The notes below the pieces were generated by a model, which saw only the letters and a list, made by a program, of their open reading frames with translations, was not told the DNA's origin and did not search any database. Both the position numbers and the translations under genes were made by a program. Below, piece after piece: positions 27,424 through 37,478 of a DNA stretch of 56,575 bases; the first letter of the stretch is position 1; every line of letters starts with the position of its first letter. This DNA is from an uncultured Pseudomonadales bacterium (GTDB taxonomy: Bacteria; Patescibacteriota; Microgenomatia; UBA1400; RBG-16-45-19): positions 24,099-80,673 of the forward strand of contig CAYYKL010000003.1 of assembly GCA_964441155.1 (NCBI GenBank), in the 5' to 3' direction.

Positions 27424-28845
27424 CTAACGAATAACTATTTTATTGACTTTTATTACAGAAGTGAGTGCGAGAGCAATTGCTAAGGCAGTAAGAAGTTGAC
27501 CTTGGCGAATGGTCAAGATGTAATGATCAAAGATGCCGAGCCATGCAGTAAACAAGAGGGGAATCAACCATAATGATCCATTCATCGCAGATGAAGTAGA
27601 ACGTGTTGAATCAACAATAAGGTGACGATTCAATGTTCTTTTTGACAAGCTTAAAACGACAAGTCCTGTAAGTGTGCCGCCAATGACTCCTGTCTCGACT
27701 AGCCAAAGCAAATAAATCGAGTGAATTGGTTGGATAAAGTCGGCTGGAGTCAGCATCGAATATGTAGTGTGCATAGGCTTGAGGCTTTGATTAAGACCAG
27801 TTCCAAGCCAAAAATGGTCATGTAATACGGAAAATCCAGCCTGATTGAGCTTAACACGTCTTATAATAGATTGATTACCTGTTTCAATCATTGATTGATA
27901 ATCAGACCATTTGGGTAGCAAATGATATGTAATAGTGATAATGGAATAAAGGCAGAATAGCAGTGACATACGATATCTGCTAGTTAAATAGGCTGAAGAA
28001 AACAGAAGCAAAATGCCCGAGACTGCTACCCAAGAGCGAGTTAACAAAGCTGTGATTAAAAAGAGACCCAGAAGTAAATACTTTAGGATTAAATATTTAT
28101 TCCTTTGACGGACAAGTTGAATTTCCAACCATGCCACAATACAAGTGACGCCAAGAAAGCCAGCAAGTATGTTTGGATGAGGTAGTGTGCCATAGGGAAG
28201 TGTTCGCAGGGCTCCGAAAAACGACTCACGGGCGATTGCTCCAGGCAAAGAAAGATCAATTTCACCAAACAAAATGTATCCAACAAGAGATTTATGAAAG
28301 ATATATTGATATATGCCAATTGTTGACTGCATAATGCCAGCAGCAACAAGCGGTGGCCGAGCCAACTTGAGTAGCCGTTCGAATGAAAACCGTTTATATA
28401 GGTAGTAAGCAAAGGCTGTGGCACTGACGAGCTGTAAAAAGCCTGCATAGGAGCTTGCCTGCTGCGTGGCAATGGTTCTTAAGCCTACAATCAGGACTAA
28501 GCTCATGAATAAGATCGGGGTAAGATTATTGGCCAAGCAATGTGTTAGATTTGTGAGCCTTGCAGAAAATGTACGAGCCTTACTGTGGCGTATACGAGCA
28601 ATTTTGAGTCGCGAGATTTTTTGCTTAAGATGAAATGCAAGCCGATGTTTATATGAGTACAAAAGATATATTGCCAGGCAGAAAAGTAAAATATCTTGCA
28701 AATAAATCTTCGGCAAAAGGTAATCAATTTTAATTCCTCTCAAGAAAGCGCTATCGGTATCCCATTTCAAAAACCAATTGAAGGGAAGTGTGAAGATGAT
28801 TAAAGATAACAAAAAGTATTCAGGCTGAAATTTTGCTTTAGGCAT
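27424..28845 (-). CDS. O-antigen ligase/polymerase-like (Wzy_C) membrane protein
   Basis: About 12 TM segments. FWLGTGLNQS...IHSIYLLWLVETGVIGG matches the conserved motif after the Wzy_C loop. Confidence 0.55.
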   Translation of the reverse strand: MPKAKFQPEYFLLSLIIFTLPFNWFLKWDTDSAFLRGIKIDYLLPKIYLQDILLFCLAIYLLYSYKHRLAFHLKQKISRLKIARIRHSKARTFSARLTNLTHCLANNLTPILFMSLVLIVGLRTIATQQASSYAGFLQLVSATAFAYYLYKRFSFERLLKLARPPLVAAGIMQSTIGIYQYIFHKSLVGYILFGEIDLSLPGAIARESFFGALRTLPYGTLPHPNILAGFLGVTCIVAWLEIQLVRQRNKYLILKYLLLGLFLITALLTRSWVAVSGILLLFSSAYLTSRYRMSLLFCLYSIITITYHLLPKWSDYQSMIETGNQSIIRRVKLNQAGFSVLHDHFWLGTGLNQSLKPMHTTYSMLTPADFIQPIHSIYLLWLVETGVIGGTLTGLVVLSLSKRTLNRHLIVDSTRSTSSAMNGSLWLIPLLFTAWLGIFDHYILTIRQGQLLTALAIALALTSVIKVNKIVIR

Positions 28846-29118
28846 ACGCTAATTATACCTGTAACCCACAGATTCGGATTACATACTATCCGTTATGATA
28901 TTTGAGACAGTGCTTATTCCGTAGCTCTCTTGATAATCGCAATCATGCCATGTCAATAACCTAGAAATAGGGGCAAAACATACCATTCTTCTAGCCATTT
29001 GCGGAAACGCGCATTAGGACTCAGCAACTCTGACTCGAACTTGTGTCGATTAGTGAATCACGCAGGGCAAAAGTGTCTAGAAAGAACGCTAACTTTTTGC
29101 ATGCTAGACCAGCAGGAT

Positions 29119-30240
29119 CTAATCATCTTCAATGAGCGCATAGCCTCTTTTTTTATACGTCACAATCGTATTTCCGGAAGCAATAAATGAAGGATGTTTT
29201 CTTAAGCGATATAAAAGGGCGGTTAACGCCCATTCAGAGCCTCCATCTCTGGAGTTATTCCACAATTGTTCAATCAGTTCATCCTTGGAAACGAAATCAG
29301 GCGCATGTTTTTGCAATATGTCCAATAAGGCTTTTTCTTTGGGCGGCAATTCTTGCAGGTGCTTAGTTTGGAGATGTTGTTCCAACAATGAAGTGAACAA
29401 TTGGTATCCCGACGGTTTTTTTATGACAAAACCTGAGCAGATTAATGGATGGTTCGGTTCAAGTTGCGAATATCTTGACTCAATCAACAGGATTTCCAAC
29501 TCATGAGGGCTCAGACAAGAAAGAATGTAATCAAGTTGCAGTCGCACCATTGGATCACCCAAAGGGTTGTCTAGGCTCTGGCAACGCAGTAGTGTTTGAG
29601 CCAATGAATGGTGCCCACCAGACAAAGTAATGACTCGTTGCAAATCGTTTTTTCCAACCAATGAAGCAGATTTATCGAGTGTCAACAAATACGCCAGCTC
29701 ATTTGATTGATAGGGCTTGAGAAATACTTCTTTGGAAAACAAGTTGAAGCTGTCCATTTGTTGTGGCGTGAGTCTGCTTGCCAGCGACTTAGATGTGGCA
29801 AATATAAATACAATTTTTTCGCGATTGATATCTCGAATTGATCTCAGGGTATTAATCATAAACATGCCCGTAGCCTGTTCGAGTGCATCGTAGCGATTGA
29901 ACACCAGCACGATTCGCTCGTGTTTCTGGGCGAGCTCGTGGATTCGACCTTCGATGCAGCGCGCTAGGGAATCGTGTTTCCCTGGAATGGGGCAACCCAA
30001 AATATTCGCCAGGTACTGAATGAGTGTTTGGGGTTTCGGCTTTGGTAACTCGTAGAGATTGAGTGGAATCCAATAGTAGTTTTGCTTTTGCATCAAGTGC
30101 TTCAAAAAAAACGATACGCCCAAGCCCGGCATGGAGCGCAAGGTGAATGAGCAAGAAGCATTAATGAGCTTCAAGCATGAACGGGTGGTTTCTGAACAAA
30201 AATCACGGGGAAATACTTGAGCTTTCGTCATATTTGTCAT
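29119..30240 (-). CDS. AAA/STAND-like domain with a degenerate P-loop, fused to an OmpR/PhoB-type winged-helix DNA-binding domain
   Basis: The C-terminus LLDILQKHAPDFVSKDELIEQLWN...ALTALLYRLRKH....TIVTYKKRGYAL is Trans_reg_C-like. The N-terminus has SMPGLGVS (Walker A without Lys) and IVLVFNRYD (Walker B-like). Confidence 0.6.
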   Translation of the reverse strand: MTNMTKAQVFPRDFCSETTRSCLKLINASCSFTLRSMPGLGVSFFLKHLMQKQNYYWIPLNLYELPKPKPQTLIQYLANILGCPIPGKHDSLARCIEGRIHELAQKHERIVLVFNRYDALEQATGMFMINTLRSIRDINREKIVFIFATSKSLASRLTPQQMDSFNLFSKEVFLKPYQSNELAYLLTLDKSASLVGKNDLQRVITLSGGHHSLAQTLLRCQSLDNPLGDPMVRLQLDYILSCLSPHELEILLIESRYSQLEPNHPLICSGFVIKKPSGYQLFTSLLEQHLQTKHLQELPPKEKALLDILQKHAPDFVSKDELIEQLWNNSRDGGSEWALTALLYRLRKHPSFIASGNTIVTYKKRGYALIEDD

Positions 30241-30298
30241 GATTTTATCACGTTTGCATCAAGCGGGTACTTTGCATTCGCCATAAAGTATCGATCAT

Positions 30299-30544
30299 AT
30301 GGGGACAGAAAATCGAACCTTTGATCAAAATCTTTCAGATCTTATCATGCACATTCAAAATGGGATTGAGTGCATACGCGCGGATGTTGTCAGAGGAAGT
30401 ATTTCAGAAGAAATGGGGCAATCCTTGCTCCAACATCAACAAGAAGAATTGGACTTTCTGAGTCAACTTCCGCCTGATTTTACCTTTAGAGAAGTGATGG
30501 AGAATCATTTTAAATTGATTCGCGACCGAAACAGTGATGAATAA
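30299..30544 (+). CDS. Hypothetical protein (81 aa)
   Basis: ORF only. Confidence 0.35.
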   Translation: MGTENRTFDQNLSDLIMHIQNGIECIRADVVRGSISEEMGQSLLQHQQEELDFLSQLPPDFTFREVMENHFKLIRDRNSDE

Positions 30545-30694
30545 ATATATCTGTAATTATGCTCAGTAATGTGCATGGGGGTTAGCATATGTCTCTGATT
30601 ATTGTTTTGCATGATTTATTTACACCAATTCGCTTTGATGATGTATCTATTCACTCTTGACGTAATCAATGAGACTCAAGTACAGTGAAAGTAT

Positions 30695-31120
30695 ATGAAA
30701 AAAGATTCGCTTGACGTTGCCTATCATAAAAGTTTCTTAGACATGATTAAATGGTTTGTCAAAGAGTTTGGCTTTGCCGCCTTGCTTTTGGCTTTTGCCA
30801 TGGGCTCACTATCAATTGGAGTTGGGATTCAATTCTATGCCGATATGGGTAATGTGGCTCCAACAGCTATCATAACTCGAGCGTCTGATCCACAAGAATA
30901 TTTGGGAGAAAGTGCCGTTGATGCCTCAGGTGTGGAAGTAGCCGCTCCAATAGTCGAGCAATCCGCCGTGGACACGAGCTTTTTGCGTTACGAACTCTAT
31001 TCTCGCGGTTTCTATCTCTTAACCGGTGGATTAATTTTGTTTGCGGTCGCAGGCGCCTTGGCGTATGTGGGTATGACGCGCAACAAGCGGCATCGACCCA
31101 ATGCGATGGGTTTAGTTTAG
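30695..31120 (+). CDS. Hypothetical membrane protein (two TM segments)
   Basis: ORF with hydrophobic segments FGFAALLLAFAMGSLSIGVGIQF and FYLLTGGLILFAVAGALAYVG. Confidence 0.45.
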   Translation: MKKDSLDVAYHKSFLDMIKWFVKEFGFAALLLAFAMGSLSIGVGIQFYADMGNVAPTAIITRASDPQEYLGESAVDASGVEVAAPIVEQSAVDTSFLRYELYSRGFYLLTGGLILFAVAGALAYVGMTRNKRHRPNAMGLV

Positions 31121-31129
31121 TTTAGTTTA
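31110..31129. repeat. (GTTTA)x4 pentanucleotide repeat spanning the stop codon of 30695..31120
   Basis: Read directly from the sequence. Confidence 0.9.
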
Positions 31130-31215
31130 CAAGTGTCTGTTTTCTCGTTTTCCCATTTGCGCTTTAGTGCAGTACAATCTCGATAAGTGATTAGTCGATT
31201 AGTGATGGAGCGTCT

Positions 31216-32490
31216 ATGACTTTTTCTGAAAACACCCTAAAAAACGGCATGCGCTTGGTTTCGGTGCCGATGCCATCGCTGAACTCAGTTACTGTTCTGG
31301 CGATGGTAAATGTGGGATCGCGCTATGAAGATCCCAAGCTGGCGGGTATTAGCCACTTTCTCGAACATCTCCCATTCAAGGGCACAAAAAAGTATCCCAG
31401 TTCTCTGGAATTGGCCGAAGCGGTTGACGGTGTGGGCGGCAAGCACAATGCGTTTACCGGTAAAGAATACACAGGGTATTGGGTGAAAGTAGCCAGTGAC
31501 AAACTTGATCTGGCTTTGGATATTGTGTCTGATTTATTGTTGCAACCGCTCTTGCCCCCAGCTGAAATAGAGAAAGAGCGGGGAGTCATTATTGAAGAAA
31601 TTAACATGTATGAAGATGAGCCTAGAGCAAAGGTTGCCAATTTATTTGATGAGCTTGTCTACCAAGGATCCGGATTGCAGGGAGATGTTATCGGCACCAA
31701 AGAAACGGTTAATGGCATATCCCTCGAAAACTTTCTGCAGCACTATGACACGTGGTATGCCCCAGAGAATGTGGTGATTGGTGTGGCTGGGGGTGTTGAC
31801 CAAACAAGTTTAGTGCAAAAAGTAGAGCTGGCATTTAACAAAGGTGAGGCTCGATCAGGGGGAGGCAAGCAAACCTTTGGATTGCCTGTACAAAAAATCC
31901 CGCGCATTCACGTATTCAACAAAGACACGGAGCAAGCTCATTTTTTCTTAGGCTATCCGAGTGTATCGCGCCAAGATCCGGCTCGATGGGCTCAGTCGAT
32001 TTTCGCCACCTTACTGGGAGGCAATTCCAGTTCTAGGCTTTTCAATGAAATTCGAGAAAAAAGAGGTTTGGCCTACTATGCCTATGCATCGATGGATCTC
32101 TATCACGATTCCGGGAGTCTGTACGCACTTGAAGGTGTGGCAATTGGAAAAGTCGAAGAAGCGATTCAAGTCACGCTGGAAGAGTTTGCGCTTGCGGCTT
32201 CGGGAAAAACTATTACTGACAAGGCAGTGGCGGCGGCCAAAGAATATTTAATTGGCAAAACAACTTTGGACCTCGAGGACTCGGCGAGTATGGCCAGTTT
32301 CGTAGTGAGAAAAGCACTACTGGATGGCAAGGCTGAGACAGTTGAAGAAGCAATTCAAAAGATTAAAGCGGTTACGGTCGAGGAAGTTCGACAAGTGGCA
32401 ACACGTGTATTGGATCCGAACAAGCTAAATTTGTCACTCATTGGGCCGTTTGCCGATCAAGCGAAATTTGCCAGCATGATCGGAGCCTAA
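31216..32490 (+). CDS. M16 (pitrilysin/insulinase) family zinc peptidase
   Basis: Inverted zinc motif HFLEHLPFKGT (HxxEH), GG..NAFT..E.T.Y, and a two-domain length of 424 aa. Confidence 0.85.
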   Translation: MTFSENTLKNGMRLVSVPMPSLNSVTVLAMVNVGSRYEDPKLAGISHFLEHLPFKGTKKYPSSLELAEAVDGVGGKHNAFTGKEYTGYWVKVASDKLDLALDIVSDLLLQPLLPPAEIEKERGVIIEEINMYEDEPRAKVANLFDELVYQGSGLQGDVIGTKETVNGISLENFLQHYDTWYAPENVVIGVAGGVDQTSLVQKVELAFNKGEARSGGGKQTFGLPVQKIPRIHVFNKDTEQAHFFLGYPSVSRQDPARWAQSIFATLLGGNSSSRLFNEIREKRGLAYYAYASMDLYHDSGSLYALEGVAIGKVEEAIQVTLEEFALAASGKTITDKAVAAAKEYLIGKTTLDLEDSASMASFVVRKALLDGKAETVEEAIQKIKAVTVEEVRQVATRVLDPNKLNLSLIGPFADQAKFASMIGA

Positions 32491-32622
32491 ATCGAGAGCC
32501 GAGTGGTTAGAGATTAGCGACTAGTGAATTCTAATGCATTTATTTTTATTTCTGTCAGTTTAGCGACTCTATTTGCATACAAAGTTTTTGTGTTATAACA
32601 TATCGTTATAACGGAGGATTCT

Positions 32623-32916
32623 ATGATCAAATATCAAAAAGTAATTAAAGTTGGCAATAGCTTGGCGGTTACGCTGGATCAAGGATTTGTAACCCAAGCG
32701 GGAATTGTTGCGGGGGACACATTAGCTGCTTCGTATAAACCGGAAGTAAAACTCTTTAGCATGACTCAGTCAAAAAATAATCTTAATGGTAAAGCTTCAA
32801 GTGTTAATGAATCGAAGTCGGTGGTATCGTCAAAAATCACCCCAGAGCTTGAAGCTTGGACAGATAACTTCTTAAAAGAAAATAAAATTGCGCTTGAAGC
32901 CTTAAAAGATCTTTAG
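32623..32916 (+). CDS. AbrB/MazE/SpoVT-fold antitoxin (partner of Doc)
   Basis: KVIKVGNSLAVTLDQGFV is a swapped-hairpin motif. Lies 12 nt upstream of doc. Confidence 0.7.
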   Translation: MIKYQKVIKVGNSLAVTLDQGFVTQAGIVAGDTLAASYKPEVKLFSMTQSKNNLNGKASSVNESKSVVSSKITPELEAWTDNFLKENKIALEALKDL

Positions 32917-32928
32917 ATCGAGGTTGTA

Positions 32929-33321
32929 ATGGCTAATTTTTCAACACTGGATCTCGAGCAAGTCATTTACCTCCACGAGCGTATTATTGAATCTGCAGGG
33001 GGAAAACAAGGAATCCGCGATTACACGCTACTGCATTCGGCACTAGAACGTTGCAAAGCCACTTTCGCTGGTAACGATTTGTATCCGTCGACTCTGGAAA
33101 AAGCAGCAGCGCTCATGCACTCTTTGGTTATGAATCATGCGTTTCTTGATGGGAATAAGCGGACAGCTTATGCAGTAACTATGAGATTTCTAAACACTAA
33201 TTCAATTAAAATTATGGCAACTCAACAAGAAATCATCGATTTCTGTTTAGCCGTGGATAACAAAGGTTGGGAAGTGACAGAGATTTTGGAATGGCTGCAG
33301 AAGCACGCAAAGAATGCTTAG
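32929..33321 (+). CDS. doc: Doc (death-on-curing) Fic-fold toxin
   Basis: HSLVMNHAFLDGNKRTAY contains the Doc motif HxFx(D/N)GNKR. Confidence 0.85.
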   Translation: MANFSTLDLEQVIYLHERIIESAGGKQGIRDYTLLHSALERCKATFAGNDLYPSTLEKAAALMHSLVMNHAFLDGNKRTAYAVTMRFLNTNSIKIMATQQEIIDFCLAVDNKGWEVTEILEWLQKHAKNA

Positions 33322-34535
33322 TTTGCTGGCGCCGCGACGATCTTGTTTGCTTTCAAATGTCTGGTTTCCGCTAAACCCCATTCAATGACTCCCTCGATCG
33401 AAACCGAATTGCCGATATTCGATGCAAGTCTTTGGCGAATAGCTTCGTTTTCGGGAACCACCACAATTGAGGTTATGTTCCTTGGTCCTTGGGCATTGAG
33501 CTCATCAAAATATGGAGTATCAAGTTCAAGTTGATAATCATAATTAATTTCCGGTGATGGTCGTTCCATTGAAGCTAATTTTCCTTGAAAAGTAATATCA
33601 AAGTTTTCGCTTATCTGGTTTTTGGTGAACTGAAAAGTGGAGAGGATTGTCTTGGTAAAGCTATATAGATTTTCTATAGCATTGTATGTAATATTAAAAT
33701 ATTCGCTCTCAGGATCGGGATAGTAACCTAAAATCACTAGTCTGGCTGATCTGTCTGGATTTTCTAAATAAGCAACATTCTCAATACTCAGTTGACCACC
33801 GCTTTTGAATATCTGCCAATTGCGTCCTTTTAAGTCTATGAAAGACACATTTAATTCATCTGAATGTTGAGAAAGCTTCTCTTGATAAATTCCCGGACTT
33901 AATACATCTGACAAAATATAACCACTGCTTCGCAGACTACATGCCGAACTGCCATTATTTCGATAACATTCCTCTTGTCCTGATTTTATTTTTTCGTTTT
34001 CATAAATGCTGAAATTCTTGGGGAAATTCGAATTATTCACCTTTGCAATCGCACTTAAAAAATCAGCTGGTAGGGCAAATGATATGTCATCGATTTCATG
34101 CGACTTCCAGCCTTTTTCATCAATTACTGGTGCATTGAAAAACACTTCATTTTCTGAATATTTTTTGTCGATGTTGTCGCAAGCAATGTCAGTACAAGCA
34201 ACTTGTCCCGACTCATCGCATGAGCAGGAGTTGCAGCTATCAATAGAAGGCACTGATTCACCAGCTTGATATGTTAGACCTTCGTAGGTGCAGGTTACAC
34301 GCGTCCACGGAAACTTGAACGTTGGCAAGCCCAGTTGGGATTTGAGAGATTGGTTTTGGGAAAATAGGTAAGCTGCTACACCAGCAGTGAGAAGAAGTGC
34401 AGCAAATAATCCCACAATGAGAAATTTGCGAGAGTTGGAGGATGGAGAGACTTCTTCAACTTGCTCTGAGTTTGGAAGAGGTGCTTTAAAGTCTTCTGGT
34501 GAAATATTTTCTGATTCAGTCATGCTTGGTTCCAA
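33318..34535 (-). CDS. Membrane-anchored extracytoplasmic protein with a six-Cys CxxCxC module (paralog 1)
   Basis: TM FLIVGLFAALLLTAGVAAYLF, then FKFPWTRVTCTYEGLTYQAGESVPSIDSCNSCSCDESGQVACTDIAC, then a globular domain ending ...TKTILSTFQF. Confidence 0.7.
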   Translation of the reverse strand: MEPSMTESENISPEDFKAPLPNSEQVEEVSPSSNSRKFLIVGLFAALLLTAGVAAYLFSQNQSLKSQLGLPTFKFPWTRVTCTYEGLTYQAGESVPSIDSCNSCSCDESGQVACTDIACDNIDKKYSENEVFFNAPVIDEKGWKSHEIDDISFALPADFLSAIAKVNNSNFPKNFSIYENEKIKSGQEECYRNNGSSACSLRSSGYILSDVLSPGIYQEKLSQHSDELNVSFIDLKGRNWQIFKSGGQLSIENVAYLENPDRSARLVILGYYPDPESEYFNITYNAIENLYSFTKTILSTFQFTKNQISENFDITFQGKLASMERPSPEINYDYQLELDTPYFDELNAQGPRNITSIVVVPENEAIRQRLASNIGNSVSIEGVIEWGLAETRHLKANKIVAAPAN

Positions 34536-34572
34536 TGATGTTAATTTATATACTCTGAGATTTATATAGAAA

Positions 34573-36080
34573 TTATATGGCCTCTATTTTAATGGAATCA
34601 GACCTTGGACTAATATTGGTAATGATATACATGCCGTTTTCTCCACGTATGAGCCATTCTTCTCCAGCTCGACAGTCGTTAGTATTTGAGAAGTCTTGAT
34701 TCATGCCCCTTAATTGAGCTCTATGTGACCCTATAAATGTATCCTCTTTAACTGTCAAGTTTTCCACCACTTCATCACGAGTGTAGCAATAGTTTGAAGA
34801 AGTGCAGTCTGATTTTGAATTCTTCCACTCAGATGAACAAAAATTGGCAGCGACTAAAAGACTTTCGGCAACTTCTGAAAAAGATTTATTCTGAAATTCA
34901 GTTGGCAACACGACCAACATCAGAGATGAAGCATAACTACCATTCATTGATACGCGTTGAGAGGTGCCCGAGGCATAAGGAATTGAATCTATAGTCTCTG
35001 TGGGTGTTTCTCTATTCCAATCAGTATAGGTGATCTTGCCGTTTTCATCCCTCTCTCGCTGATATCTGGATTCTACCCAAAGTGGAGAGGTAATTTTTAA
35101 TCCAAAATCTTCATTGCTCCAATTTGTTTGTCTTTGATCACTCCAACGATATATTTCTGAAGTAGGAAATTCTTCATAACCTGTTGATACTGGAGAAGTT
35201 AGCTTAATCGTAGAGAGAAAACTTCTAAAACTTTGAAGGTTTTTAAAAAATGTGCCAGTGTTAGCACCAAAATAGTTAGTTCCATTCACTGTTAACATTT
35301 GTTTTGAATTAAGGGCAGTGAAATAAAAGAGAGAACCGCTTAAATCTTGACTCTGAGATTTTGCATAAGCTATATAGCCACTATGTCCATTTGAAGTAAA
35401 AGGTTCGAATGTGTACTGTGAAGCCCAAGGATATTCTTTAGTGAACCAAGCTCTGCGACCGCCACCATCATAGTCAACCACCATAAAGTTAGCCGCATCA
35501 GAATTTGATGTTTTTATATTATAATGAGTTGGTGTTTGTTGGGATATGGTCGCAGCTGGAGGAAATTGAGCACTTACACCAATACTTTTTAGGTCAGCTA
35601 ATTTTGTAAATCCATATATGGATGGAGATTCTATAGGAAAATTCTTGATAAGATTGCTCGATTCAGGATTAGTAATTTCTTCACTTGTTTCGACGGGAAG
35701 AATTTTGAATCTGCTTCACATGCAATTAATGTACAGGCTACTTCACCAGTTTCTGAACAGGAACAGGAGTTGCAGCCGTCAACTGAGGGCACGCTTTCTC
35801 CAGGCTTAAATTCTATTCCTTGGTAGGTGCAAGTCGCGTTTGTCCATGGCCATTTGAAAGAATTCATTCCCAACTGACTCTTAAGTGAAAGGTTTTGCAG
35901 CACAAAGTATGCAAGCGTAATAAGACTTATAGTAAGCACAGCAGCGAAACAATAGGTGAAGGGGGAAACATTTTTCAGTGCGCGAAAGAGTTTTGATTCC
36001 GGCTTAATACTCGCAGCTGATTGGATCGGTTCAGGATCATATTGCGAAGCGGGAAGTGGATTTGGTTCAGCTGGATCCAT
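34573..36080 (-). pseudogene. Paralog 2 of the six-Cys family, split by a -1 frame change near an A4 run (ORFs 35631..36080 and 34573..35484)
   Basis: The 34573..35484 frame stays open upstream to 35715 (hand translation ...SRFKILPVETSEEITNPESS...NFMVVDYDGG). It overlaps the end of the 35631..36080 frame (..CTLIACEADSKFFPSKQ..). Shifting -1 at mRNA UCAAAAUU (plus-strand T run 35703-35706) gives one protein of about 500 aa with the same architecture as 33318..34535. Confidence 0.55.
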
Positions 36081-36104
36081 ACATTCTTTTTAAAATCGTC
36101 TCAA

Positions 36105-37466
36105 TTATTCTTCACAAGCCATTGCAGTGCAGGCAATTTGACCGTTTTCACAGGAGCAAGAATTGCATGAATCAGGTGCAGGGACTTCGTCGCCATCTGC
36201 ATACGTCTCGCCATCTTGCGTGCACGAGCCCTGAAGAGCTGCTCCTGGGGTGGTGGATGAAGCGGTTGAGTTAAAGGATAAAGTGGAAAGGATTTGATCA
36301 ACAGTTTCTGAATAACCTGAGTTATTTGGATCAACAGTTGCATTGCCAATTACAACAAACATCACATTGTCATCTGCTTGGACTATAGTGTATTTTGTGG
36401 TTCCCAAACCTCTATAAGTGTATTCAGCTGCATCATATCCATTGAGAGTTGTTTGTTTTGCAGGCGAGATTACATCACCAAGTCCATTTTCATTTGATTC
36501 AATAATTTTGTTCTCGGCGAAGGTGATTGGTTCGAGATTTGCGATTTCTCTGGTTTCGAAACTTAGTGAAATTCCGTCATATAGCTCGGTGCCGAGTTGA
36601 TGATTAGAAGCAAGTTTTGTGAGTCTAACTAATCCCGCAGCTTCCTCTTCGACTTCAATATCGGAAGGATATTTGATTTGAAAAATTTCATTTGCGTACA
36701 CTTCCCAATCTGCTGTCGGGTCAGGCTGTTCCACGATCACTTCTTCTTCAGTAATTTCACCGACTTCTTCATTTCCAGACACCACTGGCGGTGTCATCGA
36801 TTCCTCTATTGAGCTCGTATTCGGTTGCATTGCGCTCCAGACCACCAAACCGCCAAGGGTGAGAGCGACCAAAGCGAGGAAGATTACCACAAACACAAGT
36901 GCTTTGGATTTTTTGGGTTGGGTAGTGTCGAGTGGTTTCGTTTCAGCTGAAGCTGTGGGGGTAGCTAGTACGGGAGCTGCTGTCTCGGCATTAGGTGCTG
37001 GCGATTCAGCTGCAATAGGTGGAGTCGATGGGTTTGTTGCAGGCGCAGACACGTTAATCACTGAATCTGGAATTGGTGCGACTGGCGTGGTTGGCGCTGG
37101 ATCGCTCACAGGGGAGGGAGCAGTCGAGAGCGAATCAAGAGAAGGCATGGGTGGAATCGACGAAGCCGCAGGCATGCTGGGAATTGGTGACGGAGCTTCG
37201 GGTGTCGCGCCTAAAACCTCCGGTGCTGGATTGCTTTCGGGTGCGGGAATCGTTTGAGCAGTTGGCAGGGAAGTAGGTGAGGCAATGTCGTGTTCAACGG
37301 GTGATTGCGAGGGTGTTTCAAGTTTTTGAGTTGGAGGTGTATTCAGTGTTGGGGCTATCGAAGCGGGTTTTGGCATTGCAGTCGATAAGTCGAGCGGTGG
37401 AGCCGGTGGTGGTTCAATGGGTTGTGTTGAAGCTGGGGGCGTAAGGGGTGATTTGTTGTCGTCCAT
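36105..37466 (-). CDS. Proline-rich, membrane-anchored protein with the six-Cys module at its C-terminus (paralog 3)
   Basis: About 190-aa P/A/T/S-rich N-terminus, TM ALVFVVIFLALVALTLGGLVVW, a globular domain ending ..ETVDQILSTLSF, then GSCTQDGETYADGDEVPAPDSCNSCSCENGQIACTAMACEE. Confidence 0.7.
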   Translation of the reverse strand: MDDNKSPLTPPASTQPIEPPPAPPLDLSTAMPKPASIAPTLNTPPTQKLETPSQSPVEHDIASPTSLPTAQTIPAPESNPAPEVLGATPEAPSPIPSMPAASSIPPMPSLDSLSTAPSPVSDPAPTTPVAPIPDSVINVSAPATNPSTPPIAAESPAPNAETAAPVLATPTASAETKPLDTTQPKKSKALVFVVIFLALVALTLGGLVVWSAMQPNTSSIEESMTPPVVSGNEEVGEITEEEVIVEQPDPTADWEVYANEIFQIKYPSDIEVEEEAAGLVRLTKLASNHQLGTELYDGISLSFETREIANLEPITFAENKIIESNENGLGDVISPAKQTTLNGYDAAEYTYRGLGTTKYTIVQADDNVMFVVIGNATVDPNNSGYSETVDQILSTLSFNSTASSTTPGAALQGSCTQDGETYADGDEVPAPDSCNSCSCENGQIACTAMACEE

Positions 37467-37478
37467 GGGAAAGATTCC

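Noticed and set aside
36859-37257. Antisense ORFs inside large genes (for example 36859..37257, 9026..9289, 22625..23110, 13392..13757, 50350..50998, 5494..5889)
   Set aside because: Each lies opposite a gene with strong homology or clear architecture. Their G/A/V-rich or low-complexity translations are what one expects from the reverse strand of P/T-rich or membrane-protein coding sequence.
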